Shown here in pieces: positions 1 to 13,250 of a stretch of 64,000 bases of DNA. The stretch is from contig NC_043007.1 of NCBI RefSeq assembly GCF_006345805.1, forward strand, positions 10,974,001-11,038,000, written 5' to 3'. The notes under the pieces were generated by a model. It saw nothing but the letters and a program-made list of their open reading frames with translations, ran no database searches and was not told the DNA's origin. How positions within the stretch are numbered: position 1 is the stretch's first letter; each line of letters begins with the position of its first letter. This DNA comes from Octopus sinensis (taxonomy: Eukaryota). Made by a program: the position numbers and the translations under genes.

Positions 1-119
1 GCACAACTCCATTGTCTCCCGAGACAAAAAGGATGCCAACCAATATATATACCGGAGTAAACACATAAATGTGAAACAAAGTGGAAAAAAGAGTACTCAA
101 ATACCAGTATATATATATA

Positions 120-577
120 TATTATGTGAAATAAAAAGATGAATAATCTTGTAGTAGATTAATCAAAAGTTAAACCGATACCTTAGTAGCAAAAATCACA
201 GCAGTAAACAGCACGGTTGGAGGTACAACCATATGGTGTTGCAACCGTGCGTTGGTGCGGATAATTGAAATTAAAACATTATTGGTGAATTGAAGACCCG
301 TTAAATTCTTCAGCCACCGGTTCTCAACATACACTGATAAACAGTTTCGCCATGGGCTCTTAGGAGCATAGTTCGATTTGTTTTTGCTCCGCCTCTGTTC
401 TGTTTTTGTTTTTCCAACGGATTTCCTATTTTCTTCCTGAAGAGAAAGACACAATATGGTCCCATTATTCAATCGGATTTTGGTAATTTGTGCCTTTCGA
501 AACACGTGTAGAATGAAATAAAACGATTTCTGTTCAATCTGCGTTCAGCTCCATTTCTTCAATTCACCAATAATGTT
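120..577 (+). mobile_element. ORF-less HHR element (family G): inverted arm 120-296 plus forward arm 297-577, between (TA)n tracts
   Basis: 22-bp perfect inverted repeat 275-296/556-577; canonical HHR at 429-518; TA runs on both sides. Confidence 0.7.
429..518 (+). ncRNA. Type I hammerhead ribozyme
   Basis: ttc-CUGAAGA-GAAAG..CACAA..UUGUG..CUUUC-GAA-ACACGUGU-A-gaa; palindromic stem III; GUA cleavage triplet. Confidence 0.85.
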
Positions 578-1296
578 ATATATATATATATATATATATC
601 ACCGTGATCACCGTGACCGACCAGGCTGTCAGATGTTGTTACACATCGCTGGTCACAATGCGCTTCACATTGACTTAGCCTTCAAATGACGCCACCCCGC
701 TGGCTAAGCGAGCACGCCAATATAAATATATATATATATATATATATATGTCTGTGTGTGTCTGTGTTGCCCAGCATTCATCAGCCGTGTCTTTCATATA
801 TTTAAAATATATTCCCAAATACCATTCCTTTTCCTTGCTGATGTTCTTGAATCAGCAACTTGCTCTTTCTTGAATCAACACGTAAGTTTTTGTTATTATT
901 ATTCGTATGTGAATTACTCAATAATTTAGGATTCCTCCATTTCTTTCAATATTTAGTCCCTAAGGTCACATACAATTTTCTTTTCATTTCAATTTCAGCC
1001 AGACTCCCATTCTCGTTGCAAAATGCTTGAGATAGACATATCGATTAAAAAATGTACATGTATATTAATTTAGTATTAATATTTTAACGATAATAATAAT
1101 AATTATTATTAAATACTACAGCTTCCCTTCCACGCCCGTACTAGCTATATGGTGTGTAAGCTTCGTTTACACAAGGGCTGCTCAAAATCCATTTTGCACA
1201 CCTGTTATGAACACCCACCCTCATCTACCACCACAATTTTAATTTGTACATAAACATTTTCACCTAGCAACTCATATGCTTCATGTGCTGTGTATC

Positions 1297-1595
1297 ATCA
1301 TCATCATCATCATCGTTTAACGTCCGTTTTCCGCGCTAGCATGGGTTGGACGGCTCGACCGGGGTCTGGGAAGCCAGGAGGCTGCACTAGGCTCCAGTCT
1401 GATCTGGTAGTGTTTCTACAGCTGGATGCCCTTCCTAACGCCAACCACTCCATGAGTGTAGTGGGTGCTTTTTACGTGCCACCGGCACAAGTGCCAGGGG
1501 AGTCTGGCAGCGGCCACGATCGGTTGGTGCTTTTAACGTGCCACCGGCACGGAAGCCAGTCAAGGCGGCGCTGTGTATGTGGATACATATTTTTT
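1297..1595 (-). mobile_element. RTE LINE 3' UTR fragment with (GAT)n tail
   Basis: Same sequence is continuous with the RTE ORF end at 15420-16235. Confidence 0.75.
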
Positions 1596-1869
1596 AAGCA
1601 CACCCTTATACCCGCTCCTTGTTACTCTCATACAAGGGCCCTGATGTGTGTAGTATACAGTTGAATATTTAGACATATAATACTTAAACTGCCCTATGTA
1701 GCCACTCTATTCTCATATCCACTTGTTGGTTCTTGCTCAGGATGTTGGACGAGGTGGGGAAGACTGTGGTTTATTGTAATTCACCGAATAAACCCTGTAT
1801 CAAAGCTCTATGCAAACTTACCACAACTACCTTACCACAACCAATCCCAAGTATTCAATCTCAGGGACC

Positions 1870-2940
1870 CCTACCATCAATGTTGACACAATGAAAAGAA
1901 GGAGTGGGGAGAGTGTTGAAATGTTAGACGGATTCCATGTTAATGTATGTTGTGTACAAGAAGTTCAATTCCTTATGGGTAAGAGACAGAGATTCAAATT
2001 CTTCTGTGTCAGCAGGAATGATGGAGTGGATGGAGTAGGCATACTGTTAGCAGGGGGGTGGGAGAAGTGGGTAGATAAGATAATTGAAGTAGTCAGAGTA
2101 TGTGATAGGATAATTAAGATGAGACTTATATGTAAATTAACAATTACATATATCTCTGTTTATGCCTCTCAGTCTGGGCTGACTGATGAGCAGAAGGACC
2201 GACTCCATGAGATCCTTTTGCAGACCACCTCAACAACAAATGACAGAGATTTTATCAATGTGGCTGGTGACTTCAAGGGACATGTTAGACAACACCCCCA
2301 TGGATTCCAGGGTGTGCATGGAGGTTATGGTTTTGGGCCTAGAAATGAGGAGGGAACATGACTGCTGGAGTTCTGTGATACACATGAAATCATGATCTGC
2401 AAAACCAACTTCAGAAAACCAGCCAATCACTCAATCACTTATCAATCTGGTGAGCACATAAAGCCAGATTGACCACCTCCTCACCAGGAAACGAGATAGA
2501 TGGATGCTTGAAAAGGCAAAGTTTTTCCCAGGTGAAGGGTGTACAACCCATCATAGATTACTAGTTAGTGACTTCAGAATTAGAGCTAGAAAAACCTGGA
2601 GAAATAAACCAATCTGGAAAAGAAGACTATGGAAGCTCAAAGATCCAGTGAACTTAGAGATTTAGAGATTTGCCAATGGAGGTTACTGATGAAAGAGAGG
2701 AAGAGTTGGGGACATGTAGATTAGAGGACAACTGGAAGTTCTTAAGGGACAACCTACTGAGAGCTACAGATGAAATCTGTGGTTGGTGCAGAGTCCCAGA
2801 TAGACCAAAGGTAACATGGTGGTGGAGCAAGGAGGTTGACAGTGTTATATAAGCAAAGAGACAGGCCTGGAAAGAATGGAAAAATGGTGGAAGCAGAGAA
2901 TTATATCAGGTAGCAAAAAGGGCAGCTAGATGTCAGGTAT
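1870..2940 (+). pseudogene. RTE-clade LINE fragment, APE endonuclease region, disrupted
   Basis: TINVDTM..VCCVQEV..SVYASQ..GDFKGHV motifs; stops and frameshifts downstream. Confidence 0.85.
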
Positions 2941-3098
2941 ACATAAGTACCCTAGTTTATTTTTTTAATAAAAAAGGCATAGAAGCAGAAGTACTGGGTT
3001 TGATTTGTTCAACTAAACCCTCAAGGTAGTGCCCCAGCATGGCCACAGTCATATGACTAAAACAAATGTAAGAGCTATAACACTATGATACTCTCTGT

Positions 3099-3320
3099 AT
3101 ATTTCTTTATTGCCCACAAGGGGCTAAACACAGAAAGGACAAACAAAGGGATTAAATCGATTACATCGACTCCAGTGCATAACTGGTACTTATTTAATCG
3201 ACCCCAAAAGGATGAAAGGCAAAGTTGACCTCGGCGGAATTTGAACTCAGAACATAAAGGCAGGCAAAATACTACTAAGCATTTCCCCCAGCATGCTAAC
3301 GATTCTGCCAGCTCACTGAC
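3099..3320 (-). mobile_element. tRNA-derived SINE, family M (GCCTTTCATCCTTT central box)
   Basis: Matches many copies in the window; B-box GTTCAAATTCC; central box recalled as Meta/MESC-like, unverified. Confidence 0.8.
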
Positions 3321-3669
3321 CCCACGGTACTCTATAACCCCATTTTTAGTATTGTTTTCAGCTTCATCATAATTTCTCTTCATCTTCCTTTCCCATCCCA
3401 ACCAGCTGTTAGTGCAGCTTCTCTTTTGTATATATTGGTTTCTCAGAAAATGCAAAATTATATCTTGCATTGTATACATTCTGGAGCAATTTCAACATGT
3501 CGTTCATTAAAATCTTTGCTATAGACTTTTCTAATCCTACAGAGTATATTCTATAAAAGTTTATCATTTCGTAGACCGCTTCCTTTCTATACTCTTGGTT
3601 ACCTACCACATTTTCCTATAAAATTTTGGGTTGTGTATTCAAAATACAGTCATCACTTTACATGCTTTT

Positions 3670-3935
3670 CTGCACAAGTCCGGGCAAGGTTGTTTATGGG
3701 AGACCAGCATACCAGCCTCTCCTCTCCACACCACCGATGTTATCCAATGGAAAGGCAAAGGCCGATACAACTTGGCACTTGTGATGTCGCAACTCATTTC
3801 TACAGCTGAGTGAACTGGAGCAATGTGAAATAAAGTGTCTTGCTCAAGAACACAACATGCAGCCCGGTCTGGGATTCGAACTCACAACCTCACGATCGTA
3901 AGCTCGACAGTCTAACCACTGAGCCATGCGCCTTC
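3670..3935 (-). mobile_element. tRNA-derived SINE with CORE-like box
   Basis: A/B boxes; TGTGTTCTTGAGCAAGACACTT box; matches 12475-12812. Confidence 0.8.
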
Positions 3936-4155
3936 ACAGAGAGTTGTATCATAAGTATATATTTTAGCCTAATCCCATTTTACTGCAGTCTCTGTAGGAC
4001 TGTGGCCATGCTGTGGCACCCCCAGAAGAGTTTAGCTAAATACATTGAACCCAGGATTTACCTTTAAATCTGATACTTATTCTATCAGTTTCTTTTGTTG
4101 AACAGCTAAGTTACAAGTGTGCAAACAAACCAACAGAAGAAAAAGTGGACATTAA

Positions 4156-4366
4156 CCCTTTAGCATTTAAACCGGTCATATCCGGCCAAAAGTATTCTGC
4201 CTGTTTTATGTTCAAACTGGCCAGATCTGGTCTCTTACACCAACCCTACAATATCGTTTTAAAAATTAACTCAGAATCTCATAGCTACAAGATAATGCAT
4301 GATTAATTTAAAACAATGTGGATGAAGAAGCGTTAATTTTGGCAGTATACTGCGAACACTAAAGGG
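4156..4366. mobile_element. piggyBac-type MITE
   Basis: TTAA|CCCTTTAG ... CTAAAGGG|TTAA; 211 bp; no ORF. Confidence 0.8.
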
Positions 4367-5032
4367 TTAATGTGATTATGAGGAGGAAAAGGATGATATC
4401 TATTTTTGATGGTGCTGCTATCACACATGCACACACACCAAAATTTCCTAAGCAACATGCAAAAATGGTAAAAATATTAACTCATTGGCATGCATTGGCT
4501 CACAGATGTTTCATTTCTATACATGTTTTTATCTTCTATTACAACAACATCTGTTCTTCTAAACTATAGGCCTGCATATCATCTTCATCCAAAAACACCT
4601 CTTCACATGTCTCTAACTCCTATCACTTGCACCGTGTCTCAGTTCTAATACTTCCTGATATATCTTGCCCGTTTGTTTTTCTTCATGCAGTAAACACTTC
4701 GGTTTAACTTATATCATATCTTTCATATCACAGGCAAAGTTCTGTTAAACATCCTTCATCCTGCTTAGCCTTTGCACTTGGTAAATTTGGTTTATCAATG
4801 TTGTTTATGTTGACCAGATTTCGCTTTTTTTTTTTCTTTTATAGTCAAATAGATGTAAAATAATCAAATTCATTGTCTTAATTCTGTAGCTTTGGTCATC
4901 ATCATCACTGTCTCCTCCTGTTAATATTATGCATCAGCATTATAAAATTCCTACTAGAAAATTTTTAAAAGTATATATATATATATATATAAGAAAAAAG
5001 GTTTGAAAATGCAATTTAAACGATGTTTATTT

Positions 5033-5073
5033 ACTTAACCGGTTTCACTCTTTGGTAAAAGATTGTCAAAAGT
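5033..5073 (-). ncRNA. HHR-like motif, U3-A8 core variant (inverted arm)
   Basis: acuu-UUGACAA-weak stem II-GAA-ACCGGU-U-aagu. Confidence 0.5.
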
Positions 5074-5108
5074 TACATTTAAGGAAACATTGAATAATAT
5101 GGGTTCAA

Positions 5109-5330
5109 AAAAAGTTTTTTACATAATTGTCACATTGAGTATTATGCATTCAAAAAGGTTTTTACATAATTGTCACATTGAGTATTATGCATTCAAAAAG
5201 GTTTTTACATAATTGTCACATTGAGTATTATGCATTCAAAAAGGTTTTTACATAATTGTCACATTGGATATTATGAATTCAAAAATGTTTTTTATACATT
5301 TCAAAATGTTTTTTATACATAATTGTCACA
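5109..5330. repeat. ~43-bp tandem repeat inside the PLE arm, mirrored at ~8280-8500
   Basis: aaaaaggtttttacataattgtcacattgagtattatgcattc, 3-4 copies plus degenerate units. Confidence 0.85.
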
Positions 5331-5814
5331 TTACATGTATAGATATAGTGTTTGGTAACAGAGAAGTTCAATAGTGTGATGAGAATATTTGGGAAAATTT
5401 GGCAGAAAGGATAAAACAAATATATTATTGGGAATTGGTTGCGTTAATTATTGGTTGTCGCAAATTGTCAATTACATGTATATATATACAATCTTCGGTA
5501 TATATATACAGCCTTTTGACAGCAAAATTAGAATGGCTTTTTATACATCTCAGAATATTTTAAGTACAAGGCGAGAATATGTTTTTACTGACCTGTTGGG
5601 ACTAGCAGAAAGGCTGAACTGAGAGAACAGAGGAAGTAGCCAATGTGGTGTATACTTCCCCTTTATGCATGAATGATTTTGGGGTTATCAGGAGGTTAGT
5701 ATGCGGGTGTGAATAGATGTGTCCGTGCCCGCTGGTCAGATAGCGTCTGTTTGTCACACACATATATATACAACACACACACACACACACAACAACACAA
5801 ACACATCCACAGTA

Positions 5815-6430
5815 CAGTCAATAGCCTCCCTTATCTCTCAACACACAACCCAAGGAATGCAGAAGCTTACACTATTATATACAACAACATTCCACAACTA
5901 AATCAAGACCCACGCCTGAAAAAATACTGGCAGCTCATAAAATAATAAAAAGTAAGAGACAACCTAAATCCCTAAAAAAACCTCCTCACCAACGCAAAAT
6001 ACACAACAACAAACCCACCGCCCACCATCATAAAATGTGGTCGCCCCAACTGCAAGACCTGCATCCACCTCATTGAGGGATCATCGTACAAGTTCCACTC
6101 GGGACACACATTCATCATAAAAAATAATTTCACGTGCGCATCAAAAAATTTACTCTACGTCATAAGGTGTGAAGGATGCCACGAAGATTACATAGGGCAA
6201 ACGAGCCTTACCCTCAGAGACAGAATGACAGTTCACCGACAACAACTGAGGGACCCCTCCACAAGACAGATACCACTAAGTGGACACTTAGACCTTTGTG
6301 CACACAATAAGTCCCCAAATTCTTAGTCTTCCCACTATACCAATGCTCGGACAACACCACAGACCAAACACGAATAAATAAGGAAAGTAATCTTATTCAA
6401 AAATACAGACCACAACTAAAACTACTCTAA
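5815..6430 (+). pseudogene. PLE GIY-YIG endonuclease C-terminal region, frameshifted
   Basis: IIKSKRQPKS..KCGRPNCKTC..FTCASKNLLYVIRCEGCHEDYIGQT..RMTVHRQQ. Confidence 0.9.
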
Positions 6431-6559
6431 CATACCCCCTGGAAACACATCCAGAGCAACACACAGGGACGCGCGCACGCTCACAGCATATCGTGCGGGC
6501 GGGCACATGCGCGCATCGGCACGCATAGGACACACTAGCAGGCATTGACCACATACATA

Positions 6560-6621
6560 CGTGGCATGCACACGCATGCATTATATATATGTAGGTGATG
6601 TATGTGTGTGAGTGTTGTGTG

Positions 6622-6652
<31 letters not shown>

Positions 6653-7850
6653 GTGTGTGCACGTTGTGTGTGTGTGTGTGCGGCGGGTGTATATATATAT
6701 ATGTGTGTGTGTGTGGCACTGTGTGCGTGTGTGTGTATGTGTGTGCGGTGCGCGCACGTTGTGTGTATGTTGTGTGCACGTGTGTATATATGTGTGTGTG
6801 TGTGCACTGTGTACGGGTGTGTGTGTATGGGTGTGTGTGTGCGGCATGTAGAGATATATTTGAGTGTGTACGCTATAAGTTGTAATTGTGTGTGTGGGGG
6901 GGTGAATTTTATATATATATATATGTATGTGTATGTGTTGAAAAAAATATTATGTGCATGTATGTATGTATGTATGTATGTGTATATATATATATATATA
7001 TTATATATATATATATATATGTGTATATATATGTGTATGTTGTATGTGTGTGTGTGTATATTTATTTGCTTGTTTATGTGTGTATAAACATGTACATTAT
7101 TTGCATGCGCATTGTGTATATGTGTATTGTATGTATGTGTATTGTATATGTATGTGTACAATTAAGTGTATATATGTGTGTGTGTGTGCAGTGTATATAT
7201 GTATATTGTAGGTGTGCTATATATGCGTGAATACATGTATGTGCATTGCGTGTATATATATGTATACATTGTGTATGTATGTTATGTGTGTGTGTGTGTA
7301 TATATACATTATATGTATGCGTACGTGTATGTGTATGCGTTGTATGTATGTGTATGTGGGTATATGTGGTACATCTATGTATGTGTATGTAAACACTATT
7401 ATATGTATATGTGTATATATGTATATGCATTGTCTATATATATATATTATATGTATGTACTGCGTATGTATAACTGCATGCATATATTGTGTATGTATAT
7501 TGCTTACATGCTGTATGTGTATATTGTATGTGTGTATATATATGCTAGGTGTATTTGTGTGATATTTATATTATGTATGTTTGTGTGCGTGTGTTGTGTG
7601 TGGTGTGTGTGTGTGTGTGTGTGTTGTGTGTGTATGTGTGTTATATATCTGTGTATGTTATATATAGATACATATTATATTTGTGTGCTGTGTGTATATG
7701 TGATATATGTGGGTGCGTTGTGTGTGGGTGTGTGTGTTCTGTGTGTGTGTGTGTGTGTGTTGTTTGTATGTGGTGTGTGTTTGTTTACTATGTGTGTGTG
7801 TGTGTGTGTTGTGTGTTGTGTGTGTGTGTGTGTGTGGTATATATATGGTG
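6560..7850. repeat. Compound (GT)n/(TA)n/(GTAT)n microsatellite tract in the PLE 3' UTR
   Basis: Direct inspection. Confidence 0.95.
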
Positions 7851-8539
7851 TGACAAACAGCCGCTATCTGACCAGCGGGCACGGACACATCTATTCACAC
7901 CCGCATACTAACCTCCTGATAACCCCAAAATCATTCATGCATAAAGGGGAAGTATACACCCCATTGGCTACTTCTCTGTTCTCTCAGTTCAAGCCTTTCT
8001 GCTAATCCCAACAGGTCAGTAAAACATATTCTCGCCTTGTACTTAAAATATTCTGAGATGTATTTAAAAAAGCCATTCTAATTTTGCTGTCAAAAGGCTG
8101 TATATATATACCGAAGATTGTATATATATACATGTAATGTGACAATTTGCGACACAACCAATAATTAACGCAACCAATTCCAATATATATTGTTTTATCC
8201 TTTTCTGCCAAATTTTCCCAAATATTCTCATCACACTATTGAACTTCTCTGTTACCAAACACTATATCTATACATGTAATGTGACAATTATGTATAAAAA
8301 AACATTTTTGAAATGTATAAAAAAACATTTTTGAATTCATAATATCCAATGTGACAATTATGTAAAAACCTTTTTGAATGCATAATACTCAATGTGACAA
8401 TTATGTAAAAACCTTTTTGAATGCATAATACTCAATGTGACAATTATGTAAAAACCTTTTTGAATGCATAATACTCAATGTGACAATTATGTAAAAAACT
8501 TTTTTTGAACCCATATTATTCAATGTTCCCTTAAATGTA

Positions 8540-8579
8540 ACTTTTGACAATCTTTACCAAAGAGTGAAACCGGTTAAGT
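8540..8579 (+). ncRNA. HHR-like motif, U3-A8 core variant
   Basis: acuu-UUGACAA-UCUUUaccAAAGAgu-GAA-ACCGGU-U-aagu; 4-bp stem I; palindromic stem III; imperfect stem II junction. Confidence 0.5.
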
Positions 8580-8909
8580 AAATAACATCGTTTAAATTGC
8601 ATTTTCAAACCTTTTTTATTATATAATCCCACTCGTGCGATACCCCACAACTCAACTTTTTTATATATATATATAATATATATATATATAAATTCAACCC
8701 TCCACCACAAAAATTCATGTAACACCACAACACAGCAAAAACAAAATCAACAACTAAGACCTACAATGACCCTTACTGTTCAGTTCATGTGCCCCTTCAT
8801 AAACTAGCATCTGTAAATTAAAAACCCCATATACAATCTACAAATCAACACACATTTCTTTATATATATATATATATATATATATGCATTTCTGTATTAT
8901 ATATATATA

Positions 8910-8950
<41 letters not shown>

Positions 8951-8997
8951 TCATATTTATATATATATATATATAATATATATATGGCACTTTCTGT

Positions 8998-9035
<38 letters not shown>

Positions 9036-9051
9036 ACTCATATTATATATA

Positions 9052-9097
<46 letters not shown>

Positions 9098-9223
9098 TAT
9101 ATATATAATATCATCTGTATATATATAATATATACACTCATATTTATAGCCTGGTGCAGCCATCTGCTTGCCAGCCCTCAGTCAAAACTGTCCAACCCAT
9201 GCTAGCATATATATATACACTCA

Positions 9224-9259
<36 letters not shown>

Positions 9260-9563
9260 CTGACATAAAAACTGAATTTTATAGTAGCCATGTTTATCGA
9301 TAGAAAGGTAAACAAAAGTTATGAATTATAAACACAGACAACACACTATATGCATGATCTCTTCACTGTCAGTCTATGCATATATATGTGTGTGTGCATG
9401 TTTGTGTGTATGTGAGTGTCTGTGTGAAAGCAACCTAATGGTTAGTGCATTGTACTAACCATTAGGTAGATGGGGGTTTCAATTCCCAGACCAGCTGTGC
9501 AATTTATTCCTGAGCAAAACACTTCATTTCAGGTTGCTCCAGTCCACTCAGCTGTGTATATAC

Positions 9564-9594
<31 letters not shown>

Positions 9595-9809
9595 TAGATA
9601 GATAGATAGATAGATAGATAAATACATATATATGATATATATATATGTATATATTATGTGTATTTGTATATATGTGCGTGTGGATATCTACTCTCTCTCT
9701 CTTCTATCTAAAACCCCACAATAACTGAATGCTGCATTATAGAGTTGAAAAGCTTTTAGAAAAAGTACCAATGCCTGAGGATAAAGATAACATATGTTAT
9801 GATGATGAT

Positions 9810-10400
9810 GATATATACATACACACATAAATATATATATATATATATATACATACACACATAAATATATATGGATATATATATACATACGCACATATAT
9901 ATATGTATATATACATATACATACACACATAAATATATTATGTATATATATACATATACTACACACATAAGATATATTATATTATATATACATACATCAC
10001 ACATAAATATATGTATATATATACATATACATACACACATAAATATAGATGTATATATACATATACATACACACATAAATATATATGTATATATATACAT
10101 ATACATACACACATAAATATATATGTCATAAATATACATACCACATAAATATATGTATATATATACATATACATCACAAATAATATATAGGTATATATAT
10201 ACATATACATACACACATAAATATAATGTATATATCATATACATACACACATAAATATATATGTATATATATACATATACATACACACATAAATATATAT
10301 GTATATATATACATATACATACACACATAAATATATATGTATATATATACATATACATACACACATAAATATATATGTATATATATACATATACATATAC
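9810..10400. repeat. ~30-bp TA/CA-derived minisatellite
   Basis: atatatatacatatacatacacacataaat-like units in tandem. Confidence 0.85.
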
Positions 10401-10952
10401 CCAGCGATGTTGCACACCTGCAGCAGGAGTTGGACTCAATCTACAGGTGGGCTGAGGATAATAATATGCAGTTTAATGCTGAAAAATTCCAGGCCCTGTG
10501 TTACCAGCATCCAAAACTGAATATTAAACTTACAGGATACACCGGTCCACAGGGAATTTCAATCCCAGAGCCTAAGTCTGTGAGGGACCTGGGTATTGAC
10601 ATGAGTGATGATACCTCTTTCCAAGTGCACATTACCAGGATGTCGACAAAGTGCAGACAACTGGCTGGATGGATCCTAAGAACATTCAGAACCAGAGATA
10701 AGGAAACCATGATGGTCCTCTGGTGGACATTCGTCCTCAGCCACCTGGATTACTGCTCACAGCTATGGTCACCCACCAGTGTAAAATTAACAGCGGACCT
10801 TGAAGCAATCCAGAGAATATTCATAAAGAAGATCGTCTCTTTGCAACAGCTCAGCTACTGGGAAAGGTTGAAACAGCTAAGACTCTACTCCCTGGAGCGA
10901 AGACGGGAGAGGTATGTAGTAATATATGTCTGGAAGACCGCAGCTCTAAGCT
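10400..10952 (+). pseudogene. CR1/L2-group LINE, RT C-terminal fragment joined to its 3' tail
   Basis: [45 protein letters not shown]; near-identical to 25772-26397. Confidence 0.9.
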
Positions 10953-10959
10953 GAAACTA

Positions 10960-12345
10960 GAGAAACTGATAGTAGTAGGATTTTAAATGGTCAAGTGTCC
11001 TGAAAGTGACTTGTTGTGGATGGTAGTAGTGATTGAATTCTTGAGATATCTCTTTTGAATGTATTGTTTATAATATTTGCAGTTGTAGAAAAATAAGGAA
11101 GGAGGTGGCTGAGAAGAAGATGAAGAAGAAGGGAAAAAGAATAATAAAAGAATGCCGGATGGTTTGATAGTTGCAGGCTGTTAAATGGTCAAGTGACCTA
11201 AAAGTGACTCATTGTGGATTATAGCAGTAATTGGGACTGTTTTTAATGAATTCTTGGGTTTCTCTTTTGAATGTATCATTTTTAATATTTGCCTGTGTGT
11301 TATTCTAAGTTTGTGGTGGATATGTCATTTGTTGTAGAAGTGTTCAAAAGAGGGTATGTATTTTGTGATAAAGACTCTTTACTAATTCGTTGGCTACAGG
11401 TTGCATCGTCCCTGAATTGAAAGAAGGGAAAAATTCTGAAGCTTGGATTTTTTATTATTGGTGCAAATGTCGATGTGTTGGCTGAATGCTATTTTTCTGT
11501 TTTTTAAATTTTGATCTGGGATCTGTGCAGAGCATCCTTTGACATAGACTGTTTTTTGTTTGGCCTATGTATTGCTCTTGACACCCAGAGCAGGTTAGTG
11601 CATATATCAGGTTCTCCAAAGCACATGTGAAGCTGATTTTCACTGTGAAACGTCCCTGTTTGAAGGAGAAGTCTGATCCCTCAATTAAATTGACGCATAT
11701 CCTATAGTTGGGTCTTCCGCATTTTTTTACTGCTGGCTTCATTGTTGTTGCTGAGCCTATTCGAGTTTGTGTTAGGAAACTTTTCATAGATTTGGGCTGT
11801 CTCTTGCTTTTTATGATGGTGTGTGTTTGGAGGATTGAGTTCATTCTGTGGTCCTTTCTTAGCAGGGGAATGTTTTGAAAGATGGTGTTGAAGGCTTCAT
11901 TGTTAAGAGGGTTGTGTCTGGAGATGTATGGTAGGGCTTTTGGTTGTAAATCCTTCTTTAATTTGGAATGTCTGAAATCGTGGATGTTGTGTTGTAGGGC
12001 ACATTGAAGGCATATGTCAATTAGTGAAGGTGGTTAGTTCCTGGTGATGAGTGTATCCTTTAGTTCCTGTAGTCATGTGTCCCTGGTGCTTGCGTTAGAA
12101 ACTATAGTACAGACCCTTTTTGCTAGGTTGAAAGGGATATTCATTCTGGTGCATTTGGGGTGGCATGAGTTGTATGGTAGTTATTGCTTGGAGTCTGTGG
12201 GCTTATAGTATATATCTGATTCTATTACGTTGTTAGCTTTCTTAATGCGGATGTCAAAGAAGGGAAGTTGTTGATGGCTATATTCCATCGCGAATTGAAT
12301 GTTTACATCAATTTCCATTTATAAGTGCTTGAAATTCTTTAAGTA
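10960..12345 (-). pseudogene. Penelope-like element fragment: RT thumb, GIY-YIG, partial 3' UTR
   Basis: LPFFDI..IYYKPTDSKQ..SCHP; FTCALENLIYALTCSGCQEQYIGQT; related to 5815-6430. Confidence 0.9.
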
Positions 12346-12474
12346 TCTCTATACCATATATGTGTGTGAGTGTGTGTGTGTATGTATATGTGTGTGTGCA
12401 TGCATATAGCTATATATATATATATACATGGAAATATATATACATGAATATATATATACACACATATATATATG

Positions 12475-12812
12475 AAGGTACATGGCTCAGTGATTAGAGC
12501 GTTGAGCTTACAATCGCGAGGTTGTGAGTTCGAATCCTGGACCGGGCTGTATGTTGTGTTTTTGAGCAGGACACTTTATTTCACGTTGCTGCAATTCACT
12601 CAGCTGTAGAAATGAGTTGCGATGTTACAGGTGCCAAACTGTATTGGCCTTTGCCTATCCCTTGGATAACATCAGTGGCATGGAGGGGAGAGGCCAGTAT
12701 GCATAGATGACTGCTGGTCTTCCATGAACAATCTTGCCAGGACATGTGCCTGGGAGGGTAACTTCCTAGGTGCAATCCCATGGTGAGTCATGACTGAAGT
12801 GGGTTTCAACAA
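12475..12812 (+). mobile_element. tRNA-derived SINE with CORE-like box, near full length
   Basis: TGGCTCAGTG A-box; GTTCGAATCC B-box. Confidence 0.85.
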
Positions 12813-12844
12813 TCAACATATATATATATATATATATATATATC

Positions 12845-13250
12845 CAACAAACACCGACCAAAAGTCATCACAGTTACTCAAGGTAAAATCTAAAATGAAT
12901 TCCTCGCTCTTTCAGGAACATCTATTTTTTATATTGAATGCATATCACCACTATGAACCACTGCATCATACTCTCTAAACATATAGCATGAACGAACTCA
13001 CTTCACTATATATGAACTTTTGATGTCTGACTCTATTGTATATTATAAATGAATTTTTTATATTTGATAGCATGAACTATCTTTTTTTATATATAACTTT
13101 TTTTGATAAGGTTCATCATTTCAAGAACCGAAACATGTTAAATAAATAATGTATATATAAAAATTAAAAATTTGTCTAATATAACAGCATTTTCGAACTT
13201 CATTTTTTACAAATATATACCCACTCGTATACGAGCTAATCTTATTATAA
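12845..13250 (+). mobile_element. PLE-type terminal-repeat fragment between (TA)n tracts
   Basis: HHR-like motif; cccactcgt end motif shared with ~8625. Confidence 0.6.
13098..13143 (+). ncRNA. HHR-like motif, U3-A8 core variant
   Basis: uuu-UUGAUAA-GGUUC(10-nt loop)GAACC-GAA-ACAUGU-U-aaa. Confidence 0.65.

Larger units (their letters stand above)
4991..8662 (+). mobile_element. 5'-truncated Penelope-like element with ~770-bp inverted terminal arm
   Basis: 4991-5758 is the reverse complement of 7849-8617; encloses GIY-YIG tail and microsatellite-filled 3' UTR; both ends abut (TA)n. Confidence 0.85.

Noticed and set aside
170-505. 111-aa minus-strand ORF, or a MITE defined by the 22-bp inverted repeat
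   Set aside because: The region folds as a plus-strand HHR element with an inverted arm; no recognisable protein and no TSD.
6393-10439. Many YI/CV/HT-rich ORFs here and across the window
   Set aside because: Translations of dinucleotide microsatellites.
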